In this document: positions 28,769 to 40,375 of the stretch, piece after piece
Numbering within the stretch: position 1 is the stretch's first letter
Layout of the letters: each line of letters begins with the position of its first letter
IMG/VR virus record: IMGVR_UViG_3300045303_000221
Location: 1-64,000 of that record
Reading direction: 5' to 3' (one strand)
DNA length: 64,000 nt
Source: a virus
Notes under the pieces: generated by a model
Told to the model about the DNA's origin: nothing
Seen by the model: the letters and a program-made list of their open reading frames with translations, nothing else
Databases searched by the model: none
Position numbers and translations under genes: made by a program

Positions 28769-30540
28769 TGCCGTCGCACGCGATCACCACGCTGCGCGGG
28801 AAGATGGCCGGGGCGGCGACGCGGCGGCTCAACGAGGCGCGCGCGGTGCAGGCGCGGAAGGTCAGCGAGACGGGCTTCTACGAGTGGGCGCTGCGCATCC
28901 CGGAGCCGAAGACGGGGACGCTCGACTTCGACAAGTTCCCGTTCCAGAAAGAGATGTACCAGGAGTCCGGCGAGCGCGAGATCGTGGTGAAGAAGGCCAC
29001 CCAGATCGGCGTGTCGGCGTACCTGATCCGGTGGTCGCTGTTCTACGCCGACACGCGCGGCTGGTCGGTGCTCTACATCTTCCCGACGGTGAAGCAGTTG
29101 TACGACCTGTCGGACGCGCGGGTGCAGCCGCTGATCGACAACACGGAGTACCTGCGCGGCCGGGTGCCGCGCACGCGGGTGCAGAACAAGGGCCTGAAGG
29201 GCGTCGGCCTCGGGCTGGTCTACTTCCGCGGCTCGGAGCGCAAGCGGGCGCTCGACTCGGTGGACGCGGACGCCATCGCCTTCGATGAGTACGACACGCT
29301 GACGCAGGACAACCTGCCGGACGCCGAGCGGCGCGTGTCCGGCTCCGAGCACGGCCTGCTGCGCCGCGTCGGCGTGCCGTCGGTGCCGGACTTCGGGGTC
29401 AGCGCGGGGTACGAGCGCAGCGACCAGCGGCGGTGGCTGACGAAGTGCGAGGGGTGCGGCGAGTGGCAGCCGATCGACTTCTGGAAGAACGTGGACCAGG
29501 AGCGGATGATGGTCGTCTGTTTCGTGTGCCGGAAGCCGCTGGAGGTGGAGCGCGGCGAGTGGGTGGCGCAGTACCCGGAGCGCGACGTGCGCGGCTACCA
29601 CGCGCCGCGGCTGATCGTGCCGCGCATCGCTCGGAACGAGAACGGTGCTCTGGAGGGCATCGTCAAGGAGAGCAAGAAGCGGAAGCCGTACGAGGTCACC
29701 GTCTTCCACAACAAGGACCTGGCCGAGGACTACGCACCGGCGGAGGGGCGGCTGACGCTGGCGGCCATCCAGGCGGCGCAGACGGCGGGCGGCGGCTACG
29801 CGCAGTTGACGGGGTACACCGGCGACCGGCTGGTGACGATGGGCGTGGACGTGGCGTCCACCCGGAACCTGAACGTGCGGATCTCTGAGCACCTGCGCGA
29901 CGGCGTGAAGCGGGCGCTCTACATCGGGGAGGCCAAGAGCTTCGATGAGGTGGGCGAGTTGATCCGCCGGTTCCGGGTGAACATGACGGCGATCGACCAC
30001 CTGCCCGAGCACCGGCTGGCGATGGGCCTGGCGGAGCAGTACGCGGGCCTCGTCTACCTGGTGAACTACTCGGCTCCGAAGGTGGGGCCGGTGCTGACCG
30101 TGAATGAGGGGCTGCGGACGGCGAGCGTGCGGCGGACGGAGGCGATCGACGCGACGTTCCAGCAGATGCGCGAGCAGCGCAACCACCTGCCGATCGACCT
30201 GCCGGAGGGCTACGCGCAGCAGATGACGACGCTCGTGCGGCACGTGACGGTGGACGAGTCGGACAAGGTGGTCGTGAGCTACAAGGCGACCGGCCCGCAC
30301 GACTATGCGCAGGCCGAGGTGTACGACCTGATCGCGGGCGAGTTGTGGACGTTCCGGCAGGCCGTCGATGCCGAGATGCAGTCGGAGCTTCGGCCGCTCG
30401 ATGACATGCTGGAGTTTGAGCGCAGCGCGCTGTCGGACGAGAGCGTCGGCTACTCGCCGGGGCCGAGCCTGGACGAGGGGTTCGCGGAGGATGAACTGCC
30501 GGACTACGACGATCCCGAGGTGGCTGGCGGCGACTGGTGA
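28768..30540 (+). CDS. terL: Terminase large subunit (lambda GpA-like)
   Basis: Walker A-like KKATQIGVS, Walker B IAFDEYD, SDQRRW..CxxC...CxxC, nuclease MGVDV and HDYAQA motifs. Confidence 0.88.
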   Translation: MPSHAITTLRGKMAGAATRRLNEARAVQARKVSETGFYEWALRIPEPKTGTLDFDKFPFQKEMYQESGEREIVVKKATQIGVSAYLIRWSLFYADTRGWSVLYIFPTVKQLYDLSDARVQPLIDNTEYLRGRVPRTRVQNKGLKGVGLGLVYFRGSERKRALDSVDADAIAFDEYDTLTQDNLPDAERRVSGSEHGLLRRVGVPSVPDFGVSAGYERSDQRRWLTKCEGCGEWQPIDFWKNVDQERMMVVCFVCRKPLEVERGEWVAQYPERDVRGYHAPRLIVPRIARNENGALEGIVKESKKRKPYEVTVFHNKDLAEDYAPAEGRLTLAAIQAAQTAGGGYAQLTGYTGDRLVTMGVDVASTRNLNVRISEHLRDGVKRALYIGEAKSFDEVGELIRRFRVNMTAIDHLPEHRLAMGLAEQYAGLVYLVNYSAPKVGPVLTVNEGLRTASVRRTEAIDATFQQMREQRNHLPIDLPEGYAQQMTTLVRHVTVDESDKVVVSYKATGPHDYAQAEVYDLIAGELWTFRQAVDAEMQSELRPLDDMLEFERSALSDESVGYSPGPSLDEGFAEDELPDYDDPEVAGGDW

Positions 30541-30739
30541 GCGATCAGTACGGGAAGCGGTGGCGCGGCGGGGTGGACTGGCACAAGTGGGGCGTCGCGC
30601 TGATCGTGATGGTCGGCGAGTCGCGCGACGTGCCGGGGGACACGACGGTCATGTACGTGGAGCCGTGGCAGATCCACGTGCAGGTCGGGCCGTGGTGGGG
30701 CGACGTGCGTGGCCGGTTCCCGGACACGCCTGGGCCTGC

Positions 30740-30795
30740 CTAGCTCACGACGTGCTATACTTGGGGTGCGGGGAGGGACCCCGCAGAGAGGCAGG
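30740..30795 (+). promoter_or_regulatory. Repeated cassette
   Basis: CTAGCTCACGACGTGC-TATACT, GCGGGG-AGGGA-CCCCGC, AGAGAGGCAGGT (leader nearly identical to the copy at 595). Confidence 0.85.
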
Positions 30796-30801
30796 TGCGA
30801 C

Positions 30802-31077
30802 ATGGGCACGACGAGGACCCCGACCTTCCGCGTGGAGGCGACCTCGGTACGGCTGCGCGACGGCAAGCGGTTCCACGAGGTGCTGCTCGGCTGGCGCGGC
30901 ACGGCGACGGACGCGAAGCTCGCGGAGTGGGTCGAGACGTTCGACACGGCGACCGCGCCGGGCGGCGTGAACGCCCACCTCGGGCAGCACCAGACGACGC
31001 GCGCGAAGGTCGTCCGGCAGACCACCGGCGAGACGGTCGCGACGTTCGTCCGCCCGATGTTTGAGGCGGTGGCGTGA
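30802..31077 (+). CDS. Hypothetical protein
   Basis: ATG follows the cassette. Confidence 0.7.
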   Translation: MGTTRTPTFRVEATSVRLRDGKRFHEVLLGWRGTATDAKLAEWVETFDTATAPGGVNAHLGQHQTTRAKVVRQTTGETVATFVRPMFEAVA

Positions 31078-32106
31078 TGGCGGTTGACCACGCGACCTGG
31101 CCGTATCGCTACCCGAACACGTACGAGATGCACATGCGCAACGTCGTGACCGGCGAGGTGCGCCACGTGCTGGCGAAGGCGTTCGACTCCACGACCGCGC
31201 TGGCGTACGTGCTGCGCAACGAGCGGACGGGCCAGTGGGTGCTGGACGGCTTCGTCTACGACGAGCAGACGGGCGGCGGAGGCCGTGCCGGGACGCTCCA
31301 CCCGCGGCAGGCCGGGACGCCGGGGTACGTGCCGTGACGGCGCTGCGCCGGGCGTTCGCCTGGGACCTGATCGGCTTCGACGGCGCGTGCCGGACGCTCC
31401 CGAACGGCCGGGCGGTGTGGGAGGCCGTGGACTACGACGACTCCCGCACGCCCGCCCGCCGGAAGGTGAAACTGTCGCGGCTCGTGGTGGACGAGTCCGG
31501 GCTGCGGCAGGTGACGCGCTACGTCGATCCGGACCAGCCGATGGAAGTGCTGGCGGAGCCGTCGGCGTGATCATCCTGGCGTTCATCGTGCTGTGCGCGT
31601 TCGCCCCGCTGATGTGGGAGATGTTCAAGACCGCGCTGGTCGTGGCCGGGTGGGCGCTGGTCGCGGCCTGGGCCGCGCTGGTCGCGGTGTGGTGGATCGC
31701 CGTTGTGATCGTGACGGCGGTCGGCGAGGCGTGGCTGTGGTGGCGCGCTCGGCGGCGGCGGCGGGCGGAGTTGCTGGCGGCGGGCAGGTTTGTGCTGGAG
31801 GGCAAGCCGGTGGTGCGGCCGGTGGCGCTCGCGAACCCGGAGTGGTGGGACCTGATTCCGGACGATGCGTTCGTGCCGCCGCTCGGGTGGCGGGTGCGCA
31901 AGAAGCTGCGGCTGCCTGCGCGTCCGCTGCCGCAGGTGCCGACGCCGGGCCGGGCTGCGCTGCCTCCTGCCACGGTGCTGCCGCCGCCGCCCGCGCGGAA
32001 GAAGAAGCCGTCCGCCGAGGGCGCTACGCTTCGATCCTCAACCTAGTCACTCCCGACCGAAGCCCGCCCCTCCGGGGGCGGGCTAGTCGCTCCCGGTGAC
32101 TGGCGG

Positions 32107-32160
32107 CTAGCGCACGGTGTGTGTTACAATTGAGGTGCGGGGACGACCCCCGCAGAGAGG
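32107..32160 (+). promoter_or_regulatory. Repeated cassette upstream of the helicase
   Basis: CTAGCGCACGGTGTGTGT-TACAAT, GCGGGG-ACGA-CCCCGC, AGAGAGG; upstream UCCG hairpin at 32061-32084. Confidence 0.85.
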
Positions 32161-32167
32161 AACGCGG

Positions 32168-34555
32168 ATGAGCACAACGATCGCATCGCTGGAAGTGGCC
32201 GTTCAGACGCTCGCCGCGCGTGACACTGACCGCGCTTACGAGCGCAACGGCGTCGGCTACAACAAGGCCGACTCGTGGATCGGGCACGCGCTGGCCGAGA
32301 TCCCTGCGGACACCTGGGGCGACGAAACGACGTACGCAGCGTGGGCGATGCTGCGGAAGTACCGCGGCCAGCTTGCGGGGGCCGGGATCGACTTCGACGC
32401 GATCCCCGTCCCGGCTGAGCCGGAGTACGGCGAGGATGCGGCGCGCGACACGGCGCGCACGGCGGCGTACCGCTGGCGGGTCGAGAAGCGCCGCGCTGAG
32501 CGCCGCGCCGCGAACGTGCCGACGATCGAGATGGACGCCGGAGGGTTCGGCGTCCGGTTCCCGTACGACGAGGAGCTTGTCGCCGCGATCCGCGAGGTGC
32601 CCGACCGCCGCTGGGATCGCGACCGCACGGTGTGGGTCGTCGCGCCGAAGGGCGCTGCGGCGCTGGCGGCGTGGGCTGAGCAGTACGGCGCGCAGATGTC
32701 GGCAGAGGTGGAGTCGGCTCTCGCCGGGCTGGCCGAGTGGGCGGCGGCGGAGGCCGCGAAGCCCGCGAAGCGGCTGGAGATGAGCGGCGACACGATCCTC
32801 GTCTACTTCCCCTACGACTCCAGCATCGTCACGATCATGCGGAGCCTGAACGGCCGCTGGGACAAGGCGGCGTCGGTGTGGAAGGTGGCCGGGCGGCAGG
32901 CCGCGAAGCTGATCGACATGGCGCGCGAGCACGACTTCGACATCGCGCCGGAGATCCTGGCGGCGGTCGAGGCGCTGGAGACGCGCCGGGCCGCGAAGGT
33001 CGATGCCTCCCGCGCGCTGGACGCAGACCTGGACATCCCCGGCATCCGCGACGGGATGAAGCTGCACCCGTTCCAGCGGGCGGGCATCCGCTACCTCCTG
33101 GAGCACGCAGACGGGCGCGGGATCATCGGCGACGAGATGGGCCTCGGGAAGACGCCGCAGACGATGTGCACGGTGGAGCACGCCGACGCCTTCCCGTGCC
33201 TGGTGGTGGTGCCGAACCTCGTGAAGCTGAACTGGCTGCGCGAGATTGACCTGTGGCTGCCGGGCCGCTCGATCACCCTGCTCGACTCCAGCAAGACGGC
33301 CGAGGTGAAGACGGTGAGCTTCCGCCGCCATCTGCTCGCGGGCGGGGGTCGCCGGACGATCCGCACGAACGATCCGACGGCGGAGTTCATGGTCGTCAAC
33401 TACGACATCCTGCACAAGCTCCTGCCGCGCTTCAGCGGCAAGTCGCTGGGCGCGGTGATCTTCGATGAGGCGCACTACCTGAAGAACCCGAAGGCGCTGC
33501 GCACGAAGGCCGCGAACGCCATCGCGTCGATCGCGAAGCTGCGCCTGATGGCGACCGGCACGGCGATCCTGAACCGGCCGATCGAGCTTCTGTCGCCGCT
33601 GGAGATTCTGGGCCGGGCCGGGGAGTTCGGTGGCCGGTCGAGCTACCAGCGCCGCTACTGCAACGCGCACGAGGACTCTCGCGGTCACTGGGACGTGTCG
33701 GGTGCGAGCAACCTGCCGGAGTTGAACGAGCGGCTGCGCGAGGTCTGCTACGTGCGGCGCGATAAGCGCGACGTGCTGACCGAGCTTCCGCCGGTGCAGC
33801 GGCAGACGGTGCTGCTCCCGATCACGAACCGCAAGGAGTACGAGCGGGCCGAGGACGACGTGGTGCAGTGGGCACGCGACAAGGCCCGGACCGACCGCGC
33901 GTTCCACGCAACGCTGGGCGGCCTGACGGCGGCGGAGCGGACGGAGGCGATCCGGGCACACGCGGCGGAGGCTGGCACTCGCGCGATGGCGGCGGAGGCG
34001 CTGCGCCGGATGGGCGCGCTGCGCAAGCTGACCGGCGAGGGTAAGGTCGCTGCGGTGAAGGACTGGGTGACGGAGTTCCTGACCGAGGAAGACAAGCTGA
34101 TCCTGTTCACCTGGCACGTGGAGGGTGTGCAGGAGGCCCTGATCGACACCTTCCCCGGCTGCGCCCGGGTGCTGGCGTCGGACTCCAAGGAGCGCCGCGA
34201 CGCGGAGGTGGAGCGGTTCCAGACCGACCCGGACTGCAAGCTGATCGTCATCAGCCTGAACGTCGGCGGGGTCGGCCTCACGATCACCGCCGCGCATCAC
34301 CTGGCGTTCGTGGAGCTTCCCTGGCGGCCTGGTGATGTTGACCAGGCCGAGGGGCGCGCGTACGGTCGCCTGAACGATGCGCACGGCCTCACGAGCTACT
34401 TCCTGCTCGGCGAGGACACCTTCGATCTGGACATGGCTGACTTGCTGGACGAGAAGCGGATGGTGACCGACGCGGTGAACAGCGGCGCGGACGGCGCGAG
34501 CGGCGACTCGATCATGGCGAGCCTGGTCGCGAAGATGGCGGAGCGGGCGGCGTGA
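32168..34555 (+). CDS. SNF2-family helicase with two HARP-like domains
   Basis: GDEMGLGKT, DEAH, TGT..NRP.EL, QAEGRAYGR motifs; two FPYD...RWD...W repeats. Confidence 0.9.
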   Translation: MSTTIASLEVAVQTLAARDTDRAYERNGVGYNKADSWIGHALAEIPADTWGDETTYAAWAMLRKYRGQLAGAGIDFDAIPVPAEPEYGEDAARDTARTAAYRWRVEKRRAERRAANVPTIEMDAGGFGVRFPYDEELVAAIREVPDRRWDRDRTVWVVAPKGAAALAAWAEQYGAQMSAEVESALAGLAEWAAAEAAKPAKRLEMSGDTILVYFPYDSSIVTIMRSLNGRWDKAASVWKVAGRQAAKLIDMAREHDFDIAPEILAAVEALETRRAAKVDASRALDADLDIPGIRDGMKLHPFQRAGIRYLLEHADGRGIIGDEMGLGKTPQTMCTVEHADAFPCLVVVPNLVKLNWLREIDLWLPGRSITLLDSSKTAEVKTVSFRRHLLAGGGRRTIRTNDPTAEFMVVNYDILHKLLPRFSGKSLGAVIFDEAHYLKNPKALRTKAANAIASIAKLRLMATGTAILNRPIELLSPLEILGRAGEFGGRSSYQRRYCNAHEDSRGHWDVSGASNLPELNERLREVCYVRRDKRDVLTELPPVQRQTVLLPITNRKEYERAEDDVVQWARDKARTDRAFHATLGGLTAAERTEAIRAHAAEAGTRAMAAEALRRMGALRKLTGEGKVAAVKDWVTEFLTEEDKLILFTWHVEGVQEALIDTFPGCARVLASDSKERRDAEVERFQTDPDCKLIVISLNVGGVGLTITAAHHLAFVELPWRPGDVDQAEGRAYGRLNDAHGLTSYFLLGEDTFDLDMADLLDEKRMVTDAVNSGADGASGDSIMASLVAKMAERAA

Positions 34556-35073
34556 CGACGCCGGTCGAGGCGTTGCTGTTGCTGCTGGGCGAGGCGCACG
34601 ACTACGTGGACCCGGCGCTGCATCCCGGCTTCCACGAGCGGGTGCACGAGGCCGTCGCTGCCTACGAGAAGCCCGGCTCGTTGTGGCTGGTCACGTCCGG
34701 CGAATACAGCGGCTTCGGCGTGGAGTTCGCGATGCCGTCCGAGGAGGCGGCCGAGGCGTGGTGCCAGCGCGTCCTGGAGGTGCACGGCCTGCGCTACGAC
34801 GTGCAGGAGGTGAGGCTGGTCGGCGACGAGGGGCCTGCGATCCTGACCTGGTACACGGCCCTCGTGACGCGGACGTTCCCGGACATGCAGGTCTTGACGC
34901 ATCAGGAGTTGGAGTTCGTGATGCCGAATCTGGTGCAGGCGAAGACGACGACGCAGACCCTGCCGAACGGCGAGTGGTCGGTGCACTCGATCGGCACCGA
35001 CAAGGATCGGGTGGTGAAGGCGGCGCACGATGCCGTCGCGACCGTTCGTGCCCGGGCGGCGGGCGTGTCGTGA
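34552..35073 (+). CDS. Hypothetical protein
   Basis: GTGA overlap. Confidence 0.6.
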   Translation: MTTPVEALLLLLGEAHDYVDPALHPGFHERVHEAVAAYEKPGSLWLVTSGEYSGFGVEFAMPSEEAAEAWCQRVLEVHGLRYDVQEVRLVGDEGPAILTWYTALVTRTFPDMQVLTHQELEFVMPNLVQAKTTTQTLPNGEWSVHSIGTDKDRVVKAAHDAVATVRARAAGVS

Positions 35074-36418
35074 TCGACTCGGGGAAGGTCGAGCTTGTCG
35101 GCGTGGAGGACGACTACGAGGGCGGCGTGCGGCTCTACTACACGCACCGGTCGATGGGCGTCTACGCGCTCGTGACCGACCCGGAGTGGGTCGCGAAGGC
35201 GCGGCAGGCGTGGGCGGGGATGGGTCGCGTGTTCATCCCGCGGCCGGAGCGTGGGCGGCGGTTCCAGGATCGCGATGCAGAGCAGTTCCCCGGCCCCGAG
35301 TGGCGGCCGTGATGACGTGGCTGCAGCGGATCACGATGGGGATCGTCGCGGCGCTGATCGTCGTCGGCGTCGTGACGGTGCTGGTGCGGCTATGACGAGC
35401 GAGCCGCGCCACTACCTGTTCGGCGGTGAGGACTACTACCCGAGCGCGCCGCCGGGCGACCTGATCCTTGTCGGCACGCTGGAGCAGTGCCGGGCGATGG
35501 CGGTGACGGTCGCCGACCGCGGCTACATACACCGCGAGGGCGGGATCGGCGGGACTCCGGTCTTCACGCTGCCGGAGAACAGCGACGACTTCTCGTTCAT
35601 GCGAATGTCGATCGAGTGGTGGCGGATCCTGAACGCGGACATGGAGGTGGTCGAGCATGGTGCGGACGACAACCCCTACGGCGGCTGAGCGGTGAGCGGC
35701 ATCCCGATCCTGTTCCGGGGGCGCAAGCGCCAGCCGGTCACGCACCACCTGGTGAACGGCGTGGTGGTCGAGAACAACGATCCGGACAAGCCGCGCTACA
35801 CGTACACGGACCTGCGGGGCGTGACGATCACGACTGACGACCGGCCGCCCGGGTTCAGCCGTCCGCCGTCGGTCTGGAGCATGAGGATCGCCGTGTCGTT
35901 GGCGGCGATCGCGGCGATAGGGATGTTCTCGCTGCTCGGCTACGTGACCGTCGTGTACGTCATCCAGGGGAAGCCGACGGCGCGCGAGCGCCAGAGGCAG
36001 AATGTCGCCGAGCTTCAGCGCGAGGTCGCCGAGTTGAAGCTGCGGGTCGATACGCTGTCTCTGCGGATCGAGGGAGAGCGATGAAGCCGGGCCAGTGGGT
36101 GCGCGACGTGAAGCTGTCGGACGGCCCGGAGGGTCAGGTGCTGAACGTGCGGGAGTGGTGGGGGCAGTCCGGCCAGCGGCCGACGTGGCTGCTCGTGCAG
36201 TGGCGCGGCGAGGCGGGGCCGCGATCGGTGGCGCTGGAGGCGGTGGAGTTCGTGCGCGAGGGGCCGGAGCGGATCGTCGTCGTGAGCCTGCCGGTGAGCG
36301 CGCTCGTGCAACTCGTGGACGCGGCGTTCTCGGCCGAGGGCGAGGGACAGGCGGACGCGGCGTGCTCGCGGAACCTGGTGGAAGCGCTCGGGGCGGAGTG
36401 GACTGGGATGGAGCCGTG

Positions 36419-37126
36419 GTGACCCGCGCCGCCGTGGGGTTCGTCGTCGTGCTGCTCGTGACGGCTCCGGGCTGGAACTGGCAGTCGAAGCCGGGGCCGC
36501 CGGGGCCGCGCGGGAAGCCGGGCAAGACGGGCAAGCAGGGGCCGCGCGGGCCTCGTGGGTTCCGCGGCGTGCCGGGCGTGCCTGGTGCCCCTGGTGCGCC
36601 GGGTGCGACCGGCCCGCAGGGGCCTGCAGGGCCAGCTACGGGCGTCCCTGGGCCGCCGGGGGCTACGGGCGCGCAGGGTCCGCAGGGCGCTCAGGGGCCG
36701 CAGGGGCCGCCCGGACCGCCCGGCGCGACCGGCGGGCAGGGCGAGACTGGGCCGCGCGGGTCACGCGGGCCGCGAGGTTTACGAGGCCCGCGCGGGCCGA
36801 GAGGCGTCAGGGGCCAGCGTGGACCGCGCGGCGTCCGGGGTCGCACCGGCCCGCAGGGACCGCCTGGTCCTGGGATCACGGAGCCGGAGGTCGTGACGCA
36901 TCGCAGTGACAACAGCAATGCGGACGTGAAGACTTCGACGGCGACATGTCCACCAGGCACGTTTCTCACGGGCGGTGGATTCTCGACCAACCTGCTCGAT
37001 GAGCGTCTGACTCCCTTGCGGATGTTCCCGCACGGGCCGTCTTGGACGGTCACGGTAGCTGAGATCAACGGCGTCCCGAACAACGTTCTGTGGGACGTGA
37101 CGGCGTACGCTGTCTGCGTGTCGTAG
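36419..37126 (+). CDS. Collagen-like protein with N-terminal hydrophobic segment
   Basis: Long Gly-X-Y run; C-terminal ATCPPG..LTGGG...AYAVC domain. Confidence 0.75.
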   Translation: MTRAAVGFVVVLLVTAPGWNWQSKPGPPGPRGKPGKTGKQGPRGPRGFRGVPGVPGAPGAPGATGPQGPAGPATGVPGPPGATGAQGPQGAQGPQGPPGPPGATGGQGETGPRGSRGPRGLRGPRGPRGVRGQRGPRGVRGRTGPQGPPGPGITEPEVVTHRSDNSNADVKTSTATCPPGTFLTGGGFSTNLLDERLTPLRMFPHGPSWTVTVAEINGVPNNVLWDVTAYAVCVS

Positions 37127-37631
37127 AGACGAGAGAGGAGAGCATGATGGAAAGGCTCAGAGAGGCGCTGGAGCGCGTGGCGCAGGCCCTGGGGCGGCTG
37201 CTGGAGGCAGTCGCGACGGCGCTGGACAACCTCGCGCTGTTGATCGAGCGGTCGGTACGGCGGCGGACGAGGCGGCTTGAGACGCGGCGGCTCGGTGATG
37301 CGCGGAGGATGGCACGGGGCGAGCCGAGGTTCGTGGCCGCGACGGTGCGGCGACGGTGAACTGCCGGGGCTGTGGTGCGCCGGTGAAGATGCTGGCGACG
37401 TACGGCGGGTGGCGCTACTCGCCGCCGAAGATGATGCCGCTCGACCCGGACCCGGTGGAGAACGGCAACGTCGTGATCGAACCGCCGGACGGCGCGATCC
37501 CGGCGCGGGCGCGGGTGCTGAAGAAGGGCGAGGCGGAGAACCTGCCGGAGGGCACCCTGCGATACAGGAGCCACTTCGCGACTTGCTCGGAGGCGGACAA
37601 GTTTCGACGCCGATAGTGCTAAGCTCGCGGT

Positions 37632-38087
37632 GTGAGTTTGGCTGACGGACTCAGAGAGGTGGCGATGGAGTGCGATCTACTTCTGCCGGACCAGGCGATG
37701 AAGCTCCGCGCGTTCGCGAGAACGCTGGACGAGGAGGCGGCGCAGGTGCTGGCCGCTCGCGAGGGGAAGTCGCACCGCTTCGGTCAGCCGACGGAGCACA
37801 AGGCGGCGCAGCGTCGCCTGCCGGGGTGGGGAACGCAGTGCGGCCTGCTGCTGAGGTCGATCGTGGAGCGCGGCCACGACGGCTACACCCAGAACGAGAT
37901 GGAGCGGATTCCGGGGATCAGGACGAACGCGCACCGCACCCGGAAGAACGACCTGGAGGACATGGGCCTGGTGATGGACTCGGGTCGCACCCGCAAGACG
38001 GAGACGGGCACGGACGCGATCGTGTGGATCGCGACGCTGAAGGGTCACCGCTGGCACGAGGAGAACGTACGACGCCGCGCGGGCTGA
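37632..38087 (+). CDS. Winged-helix DNA-binding protein
   Basis: GYTQNE...RTR..DL...GLV.DSG..R.T..G..AIVW. Confidence 0.65.
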   Translation: MSLADGLREVAMECDLLLPDQAMKLRAFARTLDEEAAQVLAAREGKSHRFGQPTEHKAAQRRLPGWGTQCGLLLRSIVERGHDGYTQNEMERIPGIRTNAHRTRKNDLEDMGLVMDSGRTRKTETGTDAIVWIATLKGHRWHEENVRRRAG

Positions 38088-38333
38088 CGCTGGCGCGACT
38101 GGCGACGCTGGTGCTGGTGGCGGCGATGACGGTGGTCATCGCTCAGATGACGCCGCCGTGGGCGCAGTCGATCCTGCTGGCGCTGGTCGCGTTCTACGGG
38201 ACGTTCGCGATGGCGATCTGGCAGGTCGTGGAGCGCGGCGAGTGAGCGCGATCGTCGTGTTCATCTGTCGGCGGTGCGGCAAGGAGATGCCGCCGATCCG
38301 GAAGTGCCCGCACTGCGATTACGAGCCTGGCCG

Positions 38334-38615
38334 ATGAAGGCGATCTACAAGTACCCGCTGACGGTCGCCCGTGACCAGGAGGTGTGGCTGCGGGAGGGCG
38401 CGGCCATCCTGACGGTCGCGTACGAGGGGCAAGACCTGCGGCTGTGGGCGCTGTGCGACCAGTCGCGCGAACCGGAGATGCGGAAGGTCTGGGTGTTCGG
38501 CGACGGAGCGCCGGTGCCGGGCAGCGTCTATGCGGAGATGTACCTGACGAGCGTGTTCCATCCGGGCATCGGGCTGACGTTCCACGTGTTCGTGGAGCGC
38601 GAGGTGGCGGTGTGA
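38334..38615 (+). CDS. Hypothetical phage protein
   Basis: MKAIYKYPL...ILTV...LWAL...FHVF pattern. Confidence 0.65.
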   Translation: MKAIYKYPLTVARDQEVWLREGAAILTVAYEGQDLRLWALCDQSREPEMRKVWVFGDGAPVPGSVYAEMYLTSVFHPGIGLTFHVFVEREVAV

Positions 38616-38817
38616 CCCCGAGCGAGATAGTGGCGCGGCTGCGTGCTCGCGCCGATCTCGCGGAAGTGACGCTGGCGCGGGGCATCGGCGCGGGCGTGAC
38701 AGGACACGGAACGCCGTACCCGCCGAGCCGGATCAAGCGCATCGAGGAGGCCGTCGCGCTCGACCGCGAGGCCGCCGACTTGATCGAGGTGCTGGGCGGC
38801 GTGCGAGAGGTGGCGGG

Positions 38818-39195
38818 GTGAAGCGCTCGCCGATGAAGCGCACCCGGATCGAGCGGGACTGGACGGACGCGCGGGCGAAGTGCGTGGCCGAGGGCCGGTG
38901 CCGGGTGTGCGGGCGGAAGGGCAAGGTGGAGGCGGGGCACGTGATCGGCCGCGAGCATGACCGCCCGCGTACGCTGGGCGAGGCGAAGCTGTGGGTGAAC
39001 CCGCTGGACGTGGTGCCGCTGTGCACGACGCATCACCGGGCGTACGATCACCGGAAGCTCGACCTGCTCGGGGTACTGACGGTGGAGGAGCAGGCGCGGG
39101 CGGTGTACGTGGCGGGCGGGATGATCACGGCGCTGCGCCGGATCACGGGCAATCGCGAGGTTGCTGTCACGGAAGGCGCGTCGGCAGGCTTGTAG
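38818..39195 (+). CDS. HNH endonuclease-like protein
   Basis: CRVCG...EAGHV...VPLCTTHHRAYD. Confidence 0.7.
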   Translation: MKRSPMKRTRIERDWTDARAKCVAEGRCRVCGRKGKVEAGHVIGREHDRPRTLGEAKLWVNPLDVVPLCTTHHRAYDHRKLDLLGVLTVEEQARAVYVAGGMITALRRITGNREVAVTEGASAGL

Positions 39196-39603
39196 AGGTA
39201 TGGCGAATGACAAGACCCGACTCCACCAGGGCGCGCACGCGCGCACCGCATACGAGTGCTCGTGCGGCAAGATCGTCCACGGGAACGGTGCCCGCGCGTC
39301 GCACCGCGCAGCGCACGAGCGGCGCGGCGAGTTCGTGACCCTGCGGCGCTACAACCCGTACAACGCGGCGAAGCCCTAGACTCACCGGATGGCTGAATAC
39401 CGACTGTGGCTGCGCGGTGGCGCGAGCCTTGAGATTGACGAGGAATCGCGCGAGCACCTGATCAGCTACTTCGCGGCGGAGGATCGCGGCGACATCCACG
39501 ACCCGCCGACGATGATGCAGTTGACCAGTCCGCAGGGCAAGCAGATGGACGTGCGGATCAAGGCCGTGGACGCGATCACGTTCAACACCGCCTAGCGCTT
39601 GCC

Positions 39604-39688
39604 CTAACGCACGGCGTGTGTTAGGTTCCGTAGTACGCCGGGAGTGCAACCGGCAAAGAACGCCGAGCGGAGGCTCGGCAGAGAGGGG
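39604..39688 (+). promoter_or_regulatory. Repeated cassette with a two-hairpin leader
   Basis: CTAACGCACGGCGTGTGT-TAGGTT, GCCGG/CCGGC and GCCGAGC/GCTCGGC hairpins, AGAGAGG. Confidence 0.7.
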
Positions 39689-39694
39689 TACGAC

Positions 39695-40135
39695 ATGCGT
39701 GAAGGAATCAAGCGCGTCTGCATCGGGGTCGGCATTCTGCTGGCCGGTGTGGGCGTCGCGTCGGCGCTCGCTGCGTGCGGTAGCGCCGCGACGGCAGGAA
39801 CGGAGGCGGCCCCGGCCGCGACGGTGACGGTGCAGGCTCCGGCCGCTCCGGCGGTGACGGTGACGACGCCCGCTCCCGAGGACACCGCGACCGAGGACTC
39901 GACCACCGAGGACGCCCCGGCCGAGGACGTGAAGATGCCCGACTACGTGGGGCAGACGCTCGACATCGCCGAGGACGAGTTGGACTCGATGGGCGTCACC
40001 TACCACGAGGTCGGCGGCGGCACCTTCGGGATCGTCGTGCCGTCCAACTGGACGGTCTGTCAGACGAAGCCGAAGGCTGGCAAGTCGATCGACATCGCGA
40101 CCGACGTGGCCCTCATCGTGAAGCGGGAGTGCTGA
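39695..40135 (+). CDS. PASTA-domain lipoprotein
   Basis: LAAC lipobox; MPDYVGQTLDIAEDEL...WTVCQT.PKAG. Confidence 0.8.
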   Translation: MREGIKRVCIGVGILLAGVGVASALAACGSAATAGTEAAPAATVTVQAPAAPAVTVTTPAPEDTATEDSTTEDAPAEDVKMPDYVGQTLDIAEDELDSMGVTYHEVGGGTFGIVVPSNWTVCQTKPKAGKSIDIATDVALIVKREC

Positions 40136-40375
40136 GATGAGCGACCGGGCCTGGGCGATCATCGGCGTGCTCTGCGTCATCTCGATCTCGTCGTTCATCT
40201 ACATGCACACGGTCGGCGCGAAGGGCGAGTCGGCCGGTCCGGCGACGCCGTTCGTCACGCCGTCGTCCGAGACGAACCTGGACGGCACGCCGCGGGTGCT
40301 GCCGCCGGGCATCTCGCTGGAGGATCTGTGTGCGCAGAACCCGGCTCCGTCCGGCTACACCGATCCGGCGTGTGG

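Noticed and set aside
36419-37126. Collagen-like genes as tail fibres
   Set aside because: All three carry signal or TM segments and lie outside any tail module, so exported or membrane proteins are more likely.
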